In this document: in pieces, positions 52,768 to 64,000 of the stretch
Position numbering within the stretch: position 1 is the stretch's first letter
Layout of the letters: every line of letters begins with the position of its first letter
Assembly: GCA_951406725.2 (NCBI GenBank)
Contig: OX597830.1
Span: 11,842,001-11,906,000 of the forward strand
DNA: 64,000 nucleotides
Source of the DNA: Octopus vulgaris
Lineage: Eukaryota
Direction: 5' to 3'
The notes under the pieces: generated by a model
The model's input: the letters and a program-made list of their open reading frames with translations, nothing else
Told to the model about the DNA's origin: nothing
The model's database searches: none
Program-made: the position numbers and the translations under genes

Positions 52768-52965
52768 AGTCGACTTCGCCTTTCATCCTTTCGGGGTCGA
52801 TAAAATAAGTACCAGTTGAACACTGGGGTAGATGTAATCGACTTAATCCGTTTGTCCGTCCTTGTTTATCCTCTCTGTGTTTAGTCCCTTGTGGGTAGTA
52901 AAGAAATAGGTATTTCGTCTGCCGCTACGTTTTGAGTTCAAATTCCGCCGAGGTCAACTTTGCCT
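52768..52965 (+). mobile_element. Circularly permuted SINE B unit
   Basis: Starts at GTCGACTTCGCC, runs to AAAGAAATA, resumes at GGTATTTCGTCTG and stops again at GTCAACTTTGCC. Confidence 0.88.
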
Positions 52966-53351
52966 CCTCCCATGAACTGGCTGGCCTTGTGCCAAAATTT
53001 GAAATCATTTTTATCAATAATCATTAGAGCATTCGGTTAGGTTAGTAACGGTCTAAGCGACAACTTAAAAAGACTAAAATTTTCAAGCAAAGAAATTGAG
53101 CAGCTGACAAGAGCTTATAGATACAATCTGCAAGGGGAACAGTAAAAATATTCAAGAGTTGGACTACAATTCTTATCAAAACTCCAATGATTGAACTTTT
53201 TTGTTTCTTTGTTAGAAACTAGTTCCCTTTATTTAGAAAGAATACCAATAGATAAAAAAAAAAAGGGAGAAGACATACATGCTTATAAATATATTTGTAT
53301 GTACGCCCGTGCATGCGAGCGTGGTGAATTTTACCGGAGTATAATGGCAAA

Positions 53352-53776
53352 GGGATCTTTTCGGTTTGAACGGCAGTTTTTTCTAGCGGTGTCATATGAA
53401 ATTGTCACCCATAATTATGACCTAAGTATCGATCTATTGCATTTCAATCTATTTTAGGGTTAGGGTTAGGATTAGGGGTAGGGGGAAGGGTATCTTTTTT
53501 TCTTCACAAATGTAAATAAACCTAATCTGTTTCTTAAACGAGGGACATATTCGTACGGCACAGAATGTTTTTTACCTCAATGGACGTCACTGATTGGTTG
53601 AAATTGCAGAAATTGAAGAAGAAAAAAACAACAAATATCTTACAAACTATAGAATCTTCTCAATAAAGCCAAGAGAAAAAGATATTTTATAAACACATTC
53701 TACCAGTATACGAAGTTGAAAATTTTTTAGTTATCTAGAAATTGTTAAAAACTGCCGTTCAAACCGAAAAGATCCC
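53352..53776. mobile_element. MITE with perfect 30-bp TIRs and an internal TTAGGG tract
   Basis: GGGATCTTTTCGGTTTGAACGGCAGTTTTT at 53352-53381, reverse complement at 53747-53776; TTAGGG-like run at about 53454-53485. Confidence 0.93.
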
Positions 53777-53858
53777 CTCTCACTGCAAGAAATTCAGTGC
53801 GCCAGTAATAAATACTTAAACTAAAATGAAATTGTTGTTTATCAATTGCAACATGTAT

Positions 53859-53901
<43 letters not shown>

Positions 53902-54619
53902 CATGTGTGTGTGTGTGCGTATGCTTGTGAAAGAAAAGGAGAGAGCTGGAAAATATTTTTCATTCTCATTTTGCATTATATATCTTGCTTTTTACGCAAA
54001 TGATTTTGAATAGACTTTTTCGCCGTAAGCGTAAATAAAAATCTATGTACTGGCATTAATGCGTGAGTGTTACCTCGAGCCAAACGTATTCACTATTTTG
54101 TGATGCTTTGAATAAGTTGTTTTACTCTTTCTCAGTCGGGAAACATTGATCTGTCTGTATTTACATACGTTTAAACATACAAGGGAACTTCCAAGGTACA
54201 TAATTTGTAAATCTATCAAGTGTGTCTCTCTACATATGCTTACGTATTATACGTATCCCACTGCCATTCTTTTCTTTATAAACATTATTGAACGGATACT
54301 TTCTCTTGACTTTAGAATCCTGTAACACTGCAAGGACGAATTATAGGATTATAATGCAGTATTTAACTGATAATTCATTTTATTGACCCTGGGATGATGA
54401 AAGGCGAAGTCGACTTCGGAAGGACTGAATTGAGACCGTAAAAAGACCGTAGCTAAATGACGTTAGACTCGAGTGATTTTGCTAATCCAAAAAAGGAATA
54501 AAATTCAATACAACGAAAGAAAAAACAACAAAAACAAAACATTTAATTATCTTATTGAAAAAAAAAAAGTATCTTTCAGTCTGTCAGCTTTAATAATTGG
54601 GCGTGTATTTAGATCTTAC

Positions 54620-55099
54620 ATGCAATACTCGAGTTGATCTGTTGGTATTCAGCATGCAGCGGTTCGTATTTAATAGCTTTAATCTGACTGCGCCATGGCG
54701 GCTGCTGCTGCTGCTGCTGATACCGTTGTCATGGTGCTCGAGCAGACGACAGCTGTTGTTGCCTTCTGGCTTCTCACAAATAATTTTGCCTGCCACAGTT
54801 CCTTTTAATATATTTCGTTATTCTGCTGTTACAAATGAACTGCTAGAACTACGGTTCGTTGTTACTACTGCTTCTACTGCTGCTGCGATAGTTGCTGTTG
54901 CTATCTCTGCTAGAGAAACCACCAGCATCGCCACAGTGTTTAACACATTTTTATCATTATTCCCAACTCATTGTTCCCCGATGTTGTCTTCGACTCCACT
55001 TTTACACGTTTTCTTCTGCGTCAGATTTCTTCTTTCAACCAGAAATCATTCTTCCTCTTCCCTTCTCTTATTAATGCTATCAGATTCAGTTTCTGTATT
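54620..55099 (-). other. Candidate exon of an unidentified host gene (5' UTR-like, possible start MLNTNRSTRVLH)
   Basis: Non-repetitive; minus acceptor tttttctctgtaacAG, donor GTAAGA; contains a (GCA)n run and a GCCGCCATGG uORF. Confidence 0.3.
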
Positions 55100-55698
55100 C
55101 TGTTACAGAGAAAAACGTAAAATGACTCGAAACAATTCAAATAGAGGAAATATCTCTTTGTAACTGAAGAAATTGTTTGCACAGTTTTATTGTTGTAGTT
55201 TTAATAGTCTTTGAATTTTAAAACATCGTTTAATATCTGCAACAGTGGATATTCGTAATTCATTGCGTGTATTTAGCAAAACATACAATCAAAAGATGAC
55301 TTCATTTACATGAAAAGGATTATTCACATGAAGCACGCGCACCGCTCTTGTCCTCTTCCTCTCTTTCTTTCTGTCGTTTTTACTCCCCCCCCCCCCCGCC
55401 GCCACCATTCCTTTCTCTGGTTGTGAGTGTGAATTTGTTTTCTCAGAAAATTAAGGGCATGCATTTGAGTATCACGAGGCTGCAAGCAAAATTAGTGAAC
55501 TTGAAAATGGATATTTTTTGCAGATGCAGCAGCGAGTTTAATTTTGTCATATTCTTTACAGCCAAAATCTTTCAAATTCTCTGTCCACTTTTTAAGACCT
55601 GTTATTTTTCAAGAATCTGTTGAATACACAAAAAAAGGAAAAAAAAAAAATTTTTTTCTCCAGCCGGTGATGATGGCTTGATTACAGGTGTACAGAAT

Positions 55699-55749
<51 letters not shown>

Positions 55750-55812
55750 AGAGAGAGAGAGAGAGGAGAGATGGAGAAAGAGAGTTCGAATGTGTGCGTA
55801 CTCGCGTGTATG

Positions 55813-55845
<33 letters not shown>

Positions 55846-55873
55846 TATATATCTGTGTGTGTGTATGTGTGTA

Positions 55874-55933
<60 letters not shown>

Positions 55934-55988
55934 CATATATATATATATATGTTTATATATATATGCATATGTTTTATTTTATTTATTA

Positions 55989-56076
<88 letters not shown>

Positions 56077-56440
56077 ATATATATATATATGTATATTTAC
56101 ATACATCACACACACATACATATACACACATTATAGAGAAACATAAAATGGCACCAAATAATTCAAACGGAGAAAATATCTTTTTGTAACTGAAGAGACG
56201 TTTTCATACACACACGCGCGCACATACAAATGACGTTGGAAAAAAAAAAACTCCTGTGTTAAATGCTTCTTGGGTCTTAACTGGCATATTTAATCAAGAT
56301 AATGTTTTTCTCTATTATTGGATAATCCCAACTATTTAAAAATTGTTGATCTCTCGGAATTAAAGTTCTTCGGATATCGAAGCAAAGAAACTTATCTTTC
56401 TTTAACCTCTTCACAATTAAACTGTTTTCCTTCTACATAA

Positions 56441-56860
56441 TACTCTCTTTTACTCTTTTACTTGTTTCAGTCATTTGACTGCGGCCATGCTGGAGCACCG
56501 CCTTTTAGTCGAGCAACTCGACCCCGGGACTTATTCTTTTTGTAAGCCCAGTACTTATTCTATCGGTCTTTTTTTGCCGAACCGCTAAGTGACGGGGACG
56601 TAAACACACCAGCATCGGTTGTCAAACAATGCTAGGGGAACAAACACAAACATATACACACACACATAAATAATATATATATATATATATATATATACGA
56701 CGGGCTTCTTTCAGTTTCCGTCTACCAAATCCATTCACAAGGCTTTGGTCGGCCCGGGGCTATAGCAGAAGACACTTGCCCAAGATGCAACGCAGTAGGA
56801 CTGAACCCGGAACCGTGTGGTTGGCTAGCAAGCTACTTACCACACAGCCACTCCTGCACC
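56441..56860 (-). mobile_element. SINE family A, full length
   Basis: Family motifs; apparent CATAAT target duplication. Confidence 0.94.
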
Positions 56861-56984
56861 ATAATGTTGCAATGATCCGAAAAGTTGATAGATTGAGCAA
56901 AATCAGGAGAGTTAAAAAACTCCCATATTTGCTTCCATAATCGTTTTCTGAGTGACTTGGGCGCTATTTGGACATGCTTATCAA

Positions 56985-57410
56985 TTTCTTTACTACCCAC
57001 AAGGGGGGGGCTAAACTCAGAGAGGACAAAAAAGGACAGACAAACGGATTAAGTCGATTATATCGACCCCAGTGCGTAACTGGTACTTATTTAATCGACC
57101 CCGAAAGGATGAAAGGCAAAGTCGACGTCGGCGGAATTTGAACTCAGAACGTAACGACAGACGAAATACATATATTTCTTTACTACCCACAAGGGGCTAA
57201 ACATAGAGGGGGACAGACAAGGTCAGACAAACGGATTAAGTCGATTATATCGACCCCAGTGCGTAACTGGTACTTATTTAATCGACGACCCCGAAAGGAT
57301 GAAAGGCAAAGTCGACCTCGGCGGAATTTGAACTCAGAACGTAACGGCAGACGAAATACCGGCTAAGCATTTCGCCCGGCGCGCTAACGTTTCTGCCAGC
57401 TCGCCGCCTT
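56985..57410 (-). mobile_element. SINE B head plus two tandem body units
   Basis: Second unit restarts at GTATTTCGTCTG after AAAGAAATA. Confidence 0.92.
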
Positions 57411-57658
57411 CTATTTCGACATTGCTTATCGTGAAAGAGCAACACCTCTTGACAGTTGATTAATAACAGGCACTTTTTTTGCAAATTTTTGTGCAGTGCT
57501 TCCATTTGACGACAATACTTCTCCGCAGAAACCTGTTTCGTTTTCGTTTAACATTTCATGATAGAAGACATCTTTCGAATTCCACCAAATACGGAACATA
57601 ATATTTTTCGGGTAAAGTCTTCGTTTGGCGATAGGTTCTCTTTTTCATTTGGTGTCAA

Positions 57659-57752
57659 CGTGGCATCTTGGGCAAGTGTCTTCTACTATAGCCCCGGGCC
57701 GACCAATGTCTTGTGAGTGGATTTGGTAGACGGAAACCGAAAAAAGCCTGTC

Positions 57753-57825
<73 letters not shown>

Positions 57826-58050
57826 TGTGTGTGTGTATATGTTTGTGTGTCTGTGTTTGTCCCACTAGCATTGCTTGACAACCGATGCTGGTGTGTTTAC
57901 GTCCCTGACACTTAGCGGCTCGACAAAAGAGTCCGATAGAATAAGTAGTGGGCTTACAAAGCATAAGTCCCGGGGTCGATTTGCTCGACTAAAGGCGGTG
58001 CTCCAGCATGGCCGCAGTCAAATGACTGAAACAAGTAAAAGAGTAAAAGA
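57659..58050 (+). mobile_element. SINE family A, 5'-truncated
   Basis: Family motifs. Confidence 0.92.
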
Positions 58051-58630
58051 GAGAGAGAGAGAGAGAGAGTATTGTTTTAGTTGGATGTGATTACAGAGAA
58101 CTCGCTTTTTCATTTCTTGTGTTGACGAGTAGTGAGTAACTCATTGATTAAATTGAAAAGTAGTCAGAAAAGGAGGAACCCATCGATCAAGCTTAGACAA
58201 TTTTCGGTGCTACTATAGTATGATATCTACTATTAATTTTCTAATATAGTATGATATCTACCAATTATTGGTAGAATGAAATATGTTAAGAATCATTAAA
58301 CATTTATTCTACAAAAGGAAAAGAGCATTATAAACAGTTTGTAGTGTAAAATTTATTAAAAATCATTAACACCTTATACAAAATAAAATGTCACCAAATA
58401 TCGATTTTAATGTTTGTAAACTGATTTGATATCATTTTAAAAAGCAGTGAACAGGTCATCGTTTTTCCTGATCATTTTCCAATATTAATGATCCAAATGT
58501 GATTGAAAATTTTGAGTAGGTACACCTCTTTTTTTTTCTTAAGCAACGGTAGGCCGGTTGTTTGGGTTGATTGGTAGAGGGGATTGTTAATTACGGTAGG
58601 TCACAAATAGCAAGGTAGACATCGTACTAT

Positions 58631-59046
58631 ACTCTTTTACTCGTTTACTCTTTTACTTGTTTCAGTCATTTCACTGCGGTCATGCTGGAGCACCGCCTTT
58701 AGTCGAGCAACTCGACCCCGGGACTTATTCTTTGTAAGCCCAGTACTTATTCTATCGGACTCTTTTGCCGAACCGCTAAGTAACGGGGACGTAAACACAC
58801 CAGCATCGGTTGTCAAGCAATGCTAGGGGGACAAACACAGACACACAAACATATACACACACACACTTATATATATATAGATATATACGACAGGCTTCTT
58901 TCAGTTTCCGTCTACCAAATCCACTCACAATGCATTGGTCGGCCCGGGGCTATAGCAGAAGACACTTGCCCAAGATGCCACGCAGTGGGACTGGACCCGG
59001 AACCATGTGGTTGGTTAGCAAGCTACTTACCACACAGCCACTCCTA
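58631..59046 (-). mobile_element. SINE family A, full length
   Basis: Family motifs. Confidence 0.94.
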
Positions 59047-59254
59047 TAGTAGCCCCTACTTTTCTTAGTGATGGAGATGTTTTATGGTCGAATCGTCACT
59101 CGAATTGAAATGTTTTGCTAATTCCCGTGTAGTCTGCCGTGGATATTCCTAAACTACGATTTTCAGAAGCTTACTGTTGACAGAATTTGGTCATCCAGAT
59201 CCAAGCAATCTGCGAGAGAAAAAAATTTCACGATCGTGTGTGTGGGTGTATATA

Positions 59255-59355
59255 TGCCAGATATCCTTCGACGTAACTCTATTTTGGCTGCTTGTATTCG
59301 CAACCGTACTCTTTCGGTCATTACCCAACATTCATGACCACAGTTGAGGAGGGAC
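59255..59355 (-). mobile_element. RTE-clade LINE short fragment
   Basis: CGHECWVMTERVRLRIQAAKIELRRRISG. Confidence 0.8.
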
Positions 59356-59479
59356 ACAAAAAACCAAGTTGAAGATAACCAGTTTCGTTTTTTACTAACG
59401 AGGATCGAATGCTTCATATAGCATATTACAATGCCAGCACCAGTAATTCTAGCACCCAGTTCAGTCCCTTTCTTTTTCT

Positions 59480-60470
59480 GGCTCGATTGGATTGAACACT
59501 TCTCTGAACTCCTAAACCATGAGTCAGTTGTGGATGAAACAGTGATTGATACTATGCAACAAAGACCTGTCATTGGCTCCTTAAATTCCACACCCTCAGT
59601 AGATGAGGTAATGACATCAATAAGTAAACAGAATCTTGGTAAGGCACCTGGAAGGGATGGAATTTGTGCTGAGATTTTGCGATTTGGTGGTGGTCTCTTC
59701 ATGACCGTATTAGTGTAGTCAAGAGGGATGGTGCAATACCTAAGGACTGGCAGGAAGCAATTATTCTTCCTCTGTATAAAGAAAAAGGAGCCAGAACAAT
59801 GTGTGGTAACTAGAGAGGTATTGCTCTACTATCAGCTGCAGCAAGGTTCTGGCAAATATTTTTCTTACCCACCTATACGGGTGTGTCGTAAATGATGTCC
59901 TATCTGAATCTCAATGTGGCTTCCGATCTGGTAGAGGGACAATGGATATGATTTTCACAGCAAGATAGATGCAGGAGAAGTGCTATGAGCAGAATGAGGA
60001 TCTTGTCCAGATATTCGTTGATTTAGTTAAAGCCTTTGATGCTGTGAATAGGGCATTGCTATGGAAAATACTTGGCAAACTTGGATGTCTGAATTACTTT
60101 GTATTTAGAATTAAACCATATCATAATGGAATAGAGGCTTGGGTTAATGTTGGTAGTGGCATGGCGGGACCCATTCCTGTAGAAAATGGTATCAAGCAGG
60201 GTGACATCCTTGCCCCAACTTTCCTTTCTTTGTACTTTGCTGCTGCTTTTACTCATGTTAGCTCTCTGGGAATATATTTCAGGTATCGATCTTCTGGCTG
60301 CCTCTTTAATCTGCACCAATTTGCTGCCAATTCAAAAGTTTTCCAGTCTCTTATTCATGACTTCCTTTGTGCAGAAGACTGTGACTTTGTCACTCACACA
60401 GTGGATGACATGCAAATACTTATAAATCGTATTTCTGCTTCTTGCAAGACATTTGGACTCAGCATTAGCT
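59480..60470 (+). mobile_element. RTE (BovB-like) LINE RT-domain remnant
   Basis: WIEHFSELLN..GKAPGRDGI; PLYKEKG..CGN*RGIALLS; ESQCGFRSGRGTMDMIF; FVDLVKAFDAVNR; GIKQGDILAP; FLCAED (degenerate ADD). Confidence 0.95.
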
Positions 60471-60525
60471 GTTTTAATGTTCCAGCCTGCTGGTCTTGTG
60501 CCAAAATTTGGAGCTTTTATTATTA

Positions 60526-60900
60526 CTAGCGGAACCTGTGAATATTTCACGGAATTGATGGTAAAACTACTGGATTATTTCTGAAAACTTTCTCCATAAA
60601 ACCTGAAAGCGTAGCCTGTTTTGTATCTGTATGGAAAGATAGTCGCTCATCTGCTATTCATAGAAAAGTTTAAAACATTGGAATACGTAGATTACTTAAT
60701 GCACTTCATAGACTTAATACACAGCTCTCATAAAAATAAATATTCACTCTTATTTTTCCATTTTTTTCTATAAAAATAAAATCCCGTACATATGATACAA
60801 CCTTTAGTTAAATTGCATATATCTGTCACGTAAATAAGAGTGAATATTTTACGGATTTGCACTTATGCGCTTGAGTTAAGTGATAGGTGATATAAAAAAA
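60526..60900 (-). mobile_element. Probable Helitron fragment (3' end)
   Basis: CTAG at about 60526 next to the CTGTGAA-tat-TTCACGG hairpin; far boundary uncertain. Confidence 0.45.
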
Positions 60901-61488
60901 CTTAGCTCAAATAAAAAAAAAAAAACACTTTTTACTATCCACCGCCACCACCATCATACACCATCAATGTGTGTGTGCTTGGATGGCAGTAGGTATGTGA
61001 AGAGCGAATGCATTTTTCTTCTTTTTAATGTTTCTGGTTTTTATTTCAATAGGCTGTGTGTGTATGTGTGTACGCATGTGTGTCCGTGTACTGTCATTCT
61101 TGTTTTCTTTTTCCTTTTTGGTACGTATTGTTTTGTGCGAATATTTGTACCATTTTATGTTATTTCGTATAGTTCGGAGAGGGAGTGGAAGGCATTTATC
61201 CACAAAGGTACTTATGTATATTTATATATTTTATTTTTACTTATTTCAGTCATTAGATAGCAAGCACGCTGGGGTACCGCCTTGAAGGATTTTAGTTGAA
61301 CGAATCGACTTAGATTTTGTTAAGCATGGTACTTATTCTGAGGATCTCTAATGCAAAAACGTTAAGTTTCGGTGCTGTAAACAAACCAGCATCGGTTGTC
61401 TAGTGGCGGCGGGAGAGAAACACAAAGACACACATGCACATACACACAGACACGCACACACACACATTTACAGTCATTTCTATGCATA

Positions 61489-62742
61489 CAGGGGTTGGAC
61501 AAAATAATGGAAACACCTTAAAATTTCAAACAAATTTATTTTAATATAGGGTAGGACCGCTTTGGCAGTAATTACTGCTTGAATTCTACGAGGTATGGAC
61601 TCGTACAAAGTTTGAATTGTTTCCAAAGAATTTTTGTCCATTCTTCAGCTAAAACAGTCTCCAGTCCTTGTAGTGATAATGGTGGAGGATATCGACTCCT
61701 TACTTGTTTTTCTAAAATGCACTGTAAATGTTCAATAATATTGAGATCTGGGGGTTGGGGTGGCCAGATAAAATGTTCAACTCCACTAGAATGTTCCTCG
61801 TGCTTTTCAGTAACAACTTTAGCTGTGTGAATTGCGTTACCCTCTGGAAACAGTTCCGCAACCATATGATGAATTTGATCAGATAAAATGCTTAAATAGT
61901 CTTGACTATTAATTCTGCCATGAAGGGAAATCATTGGGCTGGTGGATTTCCAAGATATAGCCACCCCCCCATCACCCAGATCATCACAGACCCTCTTCCA
62001 TGTTTAACAGTTGGAAGAAGTCAGTCTGGGTCAAATGCTTCTTTTGGCTGTCTCCACACGTATACTCGGCCGGTGATCAGAAATAAGGTAAAGGATGACT
62101 CGCCTGAGAAAATAACATTCTTCTACTGCTCAAGGGATCAATTCTGTAGGTTTTTACTCCACTCTAAATGCTTTGAAACGTTTGTTTTTGAAAGTAATGG
62201 TTTTCTGATTGCAGCCCTCCCTGAAATCTGGCTTTGTGCAGCCCCCGGCGGCGAACAGTTTTTGTGGAAACAGTGTTCTCGAGGTGGTCATTAAGCTCTG
62301 CAGTAATTTTGGGAGCTATAGTTTTGTTATCCTTTCTAATAATTCGCGTAAGAGTCCGATGGTCCCTTCTGAAAGTTTTGGTTTTCTTCCGGAGTTTTGT
62401 CTCGATGAGGAGGTTTTTCCCTCTTTCTCAAAGGCTGCCATTACTTTCGAGACAGTACTTCTACATACACCAAACATTTTGGCTGTTTCTCTTAAACCAG
62501 CGCCTGCCACACAAGCGCCAACAATTCGACTTCTTTGAAAGACCGATAGATCTGTCATTTTAATGAATTTTAATTACCTTTAACTGATGATATCAGAAAA
62601 GAAACAGCAATTTTACCAATATATATTAAACAGCACTAATAATAAATAAGAAAAAAACCCATAAAAATAAACAAGCTTTTGGCGGTTTTATAGATTATGA
62701 TGCTCTGATGCTGGGTGTTTCCATTATTTTGTTCAACCCCTG
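61489..62742 (-). mobile_element. Full-length Tc1-like transposon, 1254 bp, probable DD36E type, defective
   Basis: 29-bp TIRs CAGGGGTTGGACAAAATAATGGAAACACC (1 mismatch), TA on both sides; ORF pieces MTDLSVFQRSRIVG..GRKPKLS, VIFSGESSF, WPPQPPDLNIIE. Confidence 0.96.
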
Positions 62743-62809
62743 TATTTATAGACATCTATACACGCACACATGTTTATATGTACATATGAATTCATATGTA
62801 TGCATGCAT

Positions 62810-63065
62810 AAATAATACAATACAATACAATACAATGCAATACAATATAATATAATATAATATAATACAATATAATATAATATAATACAATATAATACAA
62901 TATAATACAATATAATATAATATTATATAATATAATATAATATTATATGATATAATATAATATAATATTATATGATATAATACAATATAATACAATATAA
63001 TACAATATAATATAATATAATATAATATAATATAATATAATGTAATATAATATAATGTAATATAA
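62810..63065. repeat. (ATAAT/ACAAT)n pentanucleotide satellite
   Basis: Direct inspection. Confidence 0.96.
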
Positions 63066-63094
63066 TATATATATATATATATATATAGAGAGAA

Positions 63095-63145
<51 letters not shown>

Positions 63146-63489
63146 AGATGCATATGTATGTATATATATGATTGATCTCTTAAATCATCACAGATGTAAC
63201 TTTTCAGTTCCGCTAGGGATGTACACCCTTTTGCACGGATGGGTGATCGAGCATACGACAGCTGGATGTATCGTGAAACGTGGATATGATGTAAAACAAT
63301 GTGGCTACGACACTTCAAGCGAAAGGTCCTATCATGTACCAGAAAGGCTCTAAATGAACCTGATCTCAAGGGCCTTCGTAAAAAGTACAAAGGATATTGC
63401 AGAGAGGTTTCTTCGTGAGCAAAACATTTCACCAAAATCAATGAGATAACAAGAAAATTTTTACACAGCGCCAAAGTAGAACATCAACC

Positions 63490-64000
63490 GACCGCATTGC
63501 ACAACCGGCGGAAAGATGTGAGCGGCTGATGACACTCTAGGCACCAGGCGCCCTGCCTCATTCCACGCTTGATCCAGGATTGCAACTTAGAAAGTCAAGT
63601 TGCTGAAAAGCGAGTCTGACAAACAGGGGCGACAGCCGCTCACCGTCAAGAAAACGCTGGAGATGTCGCAACATCAGCCTCAGTATGCCCACTCCACCAT
63701 TCACCGGGTGTTGACAATAAATGGAGTACCTGACGCGTGGAACGCATCCCTTCCACAGAAAGCGGAAAGGTTGGTGTTCCAGTCCAGTGAGATGTGAACT
63801 GGAGCAGAGCACGACGGTCAGGCAGTAATATATGAAGGAGGCTATGTAAAATATTCACCACTTCTGCCCGACCTTTCAAGGATAGCTTTCTCAGCTAATT
63901 TCTGGGTGAGATTGGCTGCTCTGCTCGTAACCTCATTCCAGATCTTCTCCCCTTTGAGAAGACCCAAGACCCAAGCAATTTAAGCGACCCGTCCATTCGT
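63490..64000 (-). mobile_element. Tx1/L1-clade LINE fragment (post-RT region)
   Basis: LKLLGSW..IWNEV..SLKGRAEVVN; FRFLWKGCVPRVRYSIYCQHPVNGGVG. Confidence 0.85.

Larger units (their letters stand above)
51620..53170 (+). mobile_element. Second Dong/R4-like LINE remnant, split by SINEs
   Basis: SFTVPILILTFGKFNWSIEEI|RSIYIETCKILT; MHGY; EGYAFAIQKQEITAKYLVNK; RCRLC; LRNLQIL; GTVKI. Confidence 0.8.
56290..58200 (-). mobile_element. Old mariner fragmented by four SINE insertions
   Basis: SKLDRWVPPFL (about 58150-58195), SAEKYCRQMEAL..VLLFHD (57415-57540), SPDFA..LFGSLQHY (56860-56920), EGKQFNCEEV (56390-56435), collinear. Confidence 0.8.

Noticed and set aside
53454-53485. Telomere or chromosome-fusion relic
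   Set aside because: Only a few imperfect units, internal to a MITE.
54597-55163. 188-aa plus-strand ORF
   Set aside because: Non-ATG start and no recognisable homology; splice-like signals favour the opposite strand.

Overview
AT-rich, microsatellite-saturated eukaryotic (metazoan) DNA with no intact protein-coding gene that can be supported. The three tRNA-derived SINE families and the (TA)n/(ATGT)n/(CTAT)n/(AAT)n landscape look like Octopus (coleoid cephalopod) intronic or intergenic sequence. Almost all ORFs in the track are microsatellite artefacts. Recognisable content: a full-length mariner (33446-34731, two frameshifts); a full-length Tc1-like element with apparent DD36E spacing (61489-62742); hAT, pogo-type and TTAGGG-containing MITEs; non-autonomous Helitrons and a Helentron; remnants of Tx1/L1, RTE, Dong/R4, HERO and Penelope-like retroelements; and more than 30 SINE copies. 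The strongest unexplained signal is at least 8 type I hammerhead ribozyme folds, 5 of them within 3.1-7.7 kb. They have palindromic stem III and unrelated flanks, and sit in mostly (TA)n-bounded, often fold-back non-coding modules, which looks like a Penelope-linked retrozyme-like system. Also notable are rearranged hammerhead-like motifs in HERO 3' UTRs and an H-type pseudoknot at the end of an (ATGT)n-embedded element. A weak case exists for minus-strand exons of a host gene near 54.6-55.1 kb and 22.8-23.8 kb. All family names come from motif recognition, not database searches.
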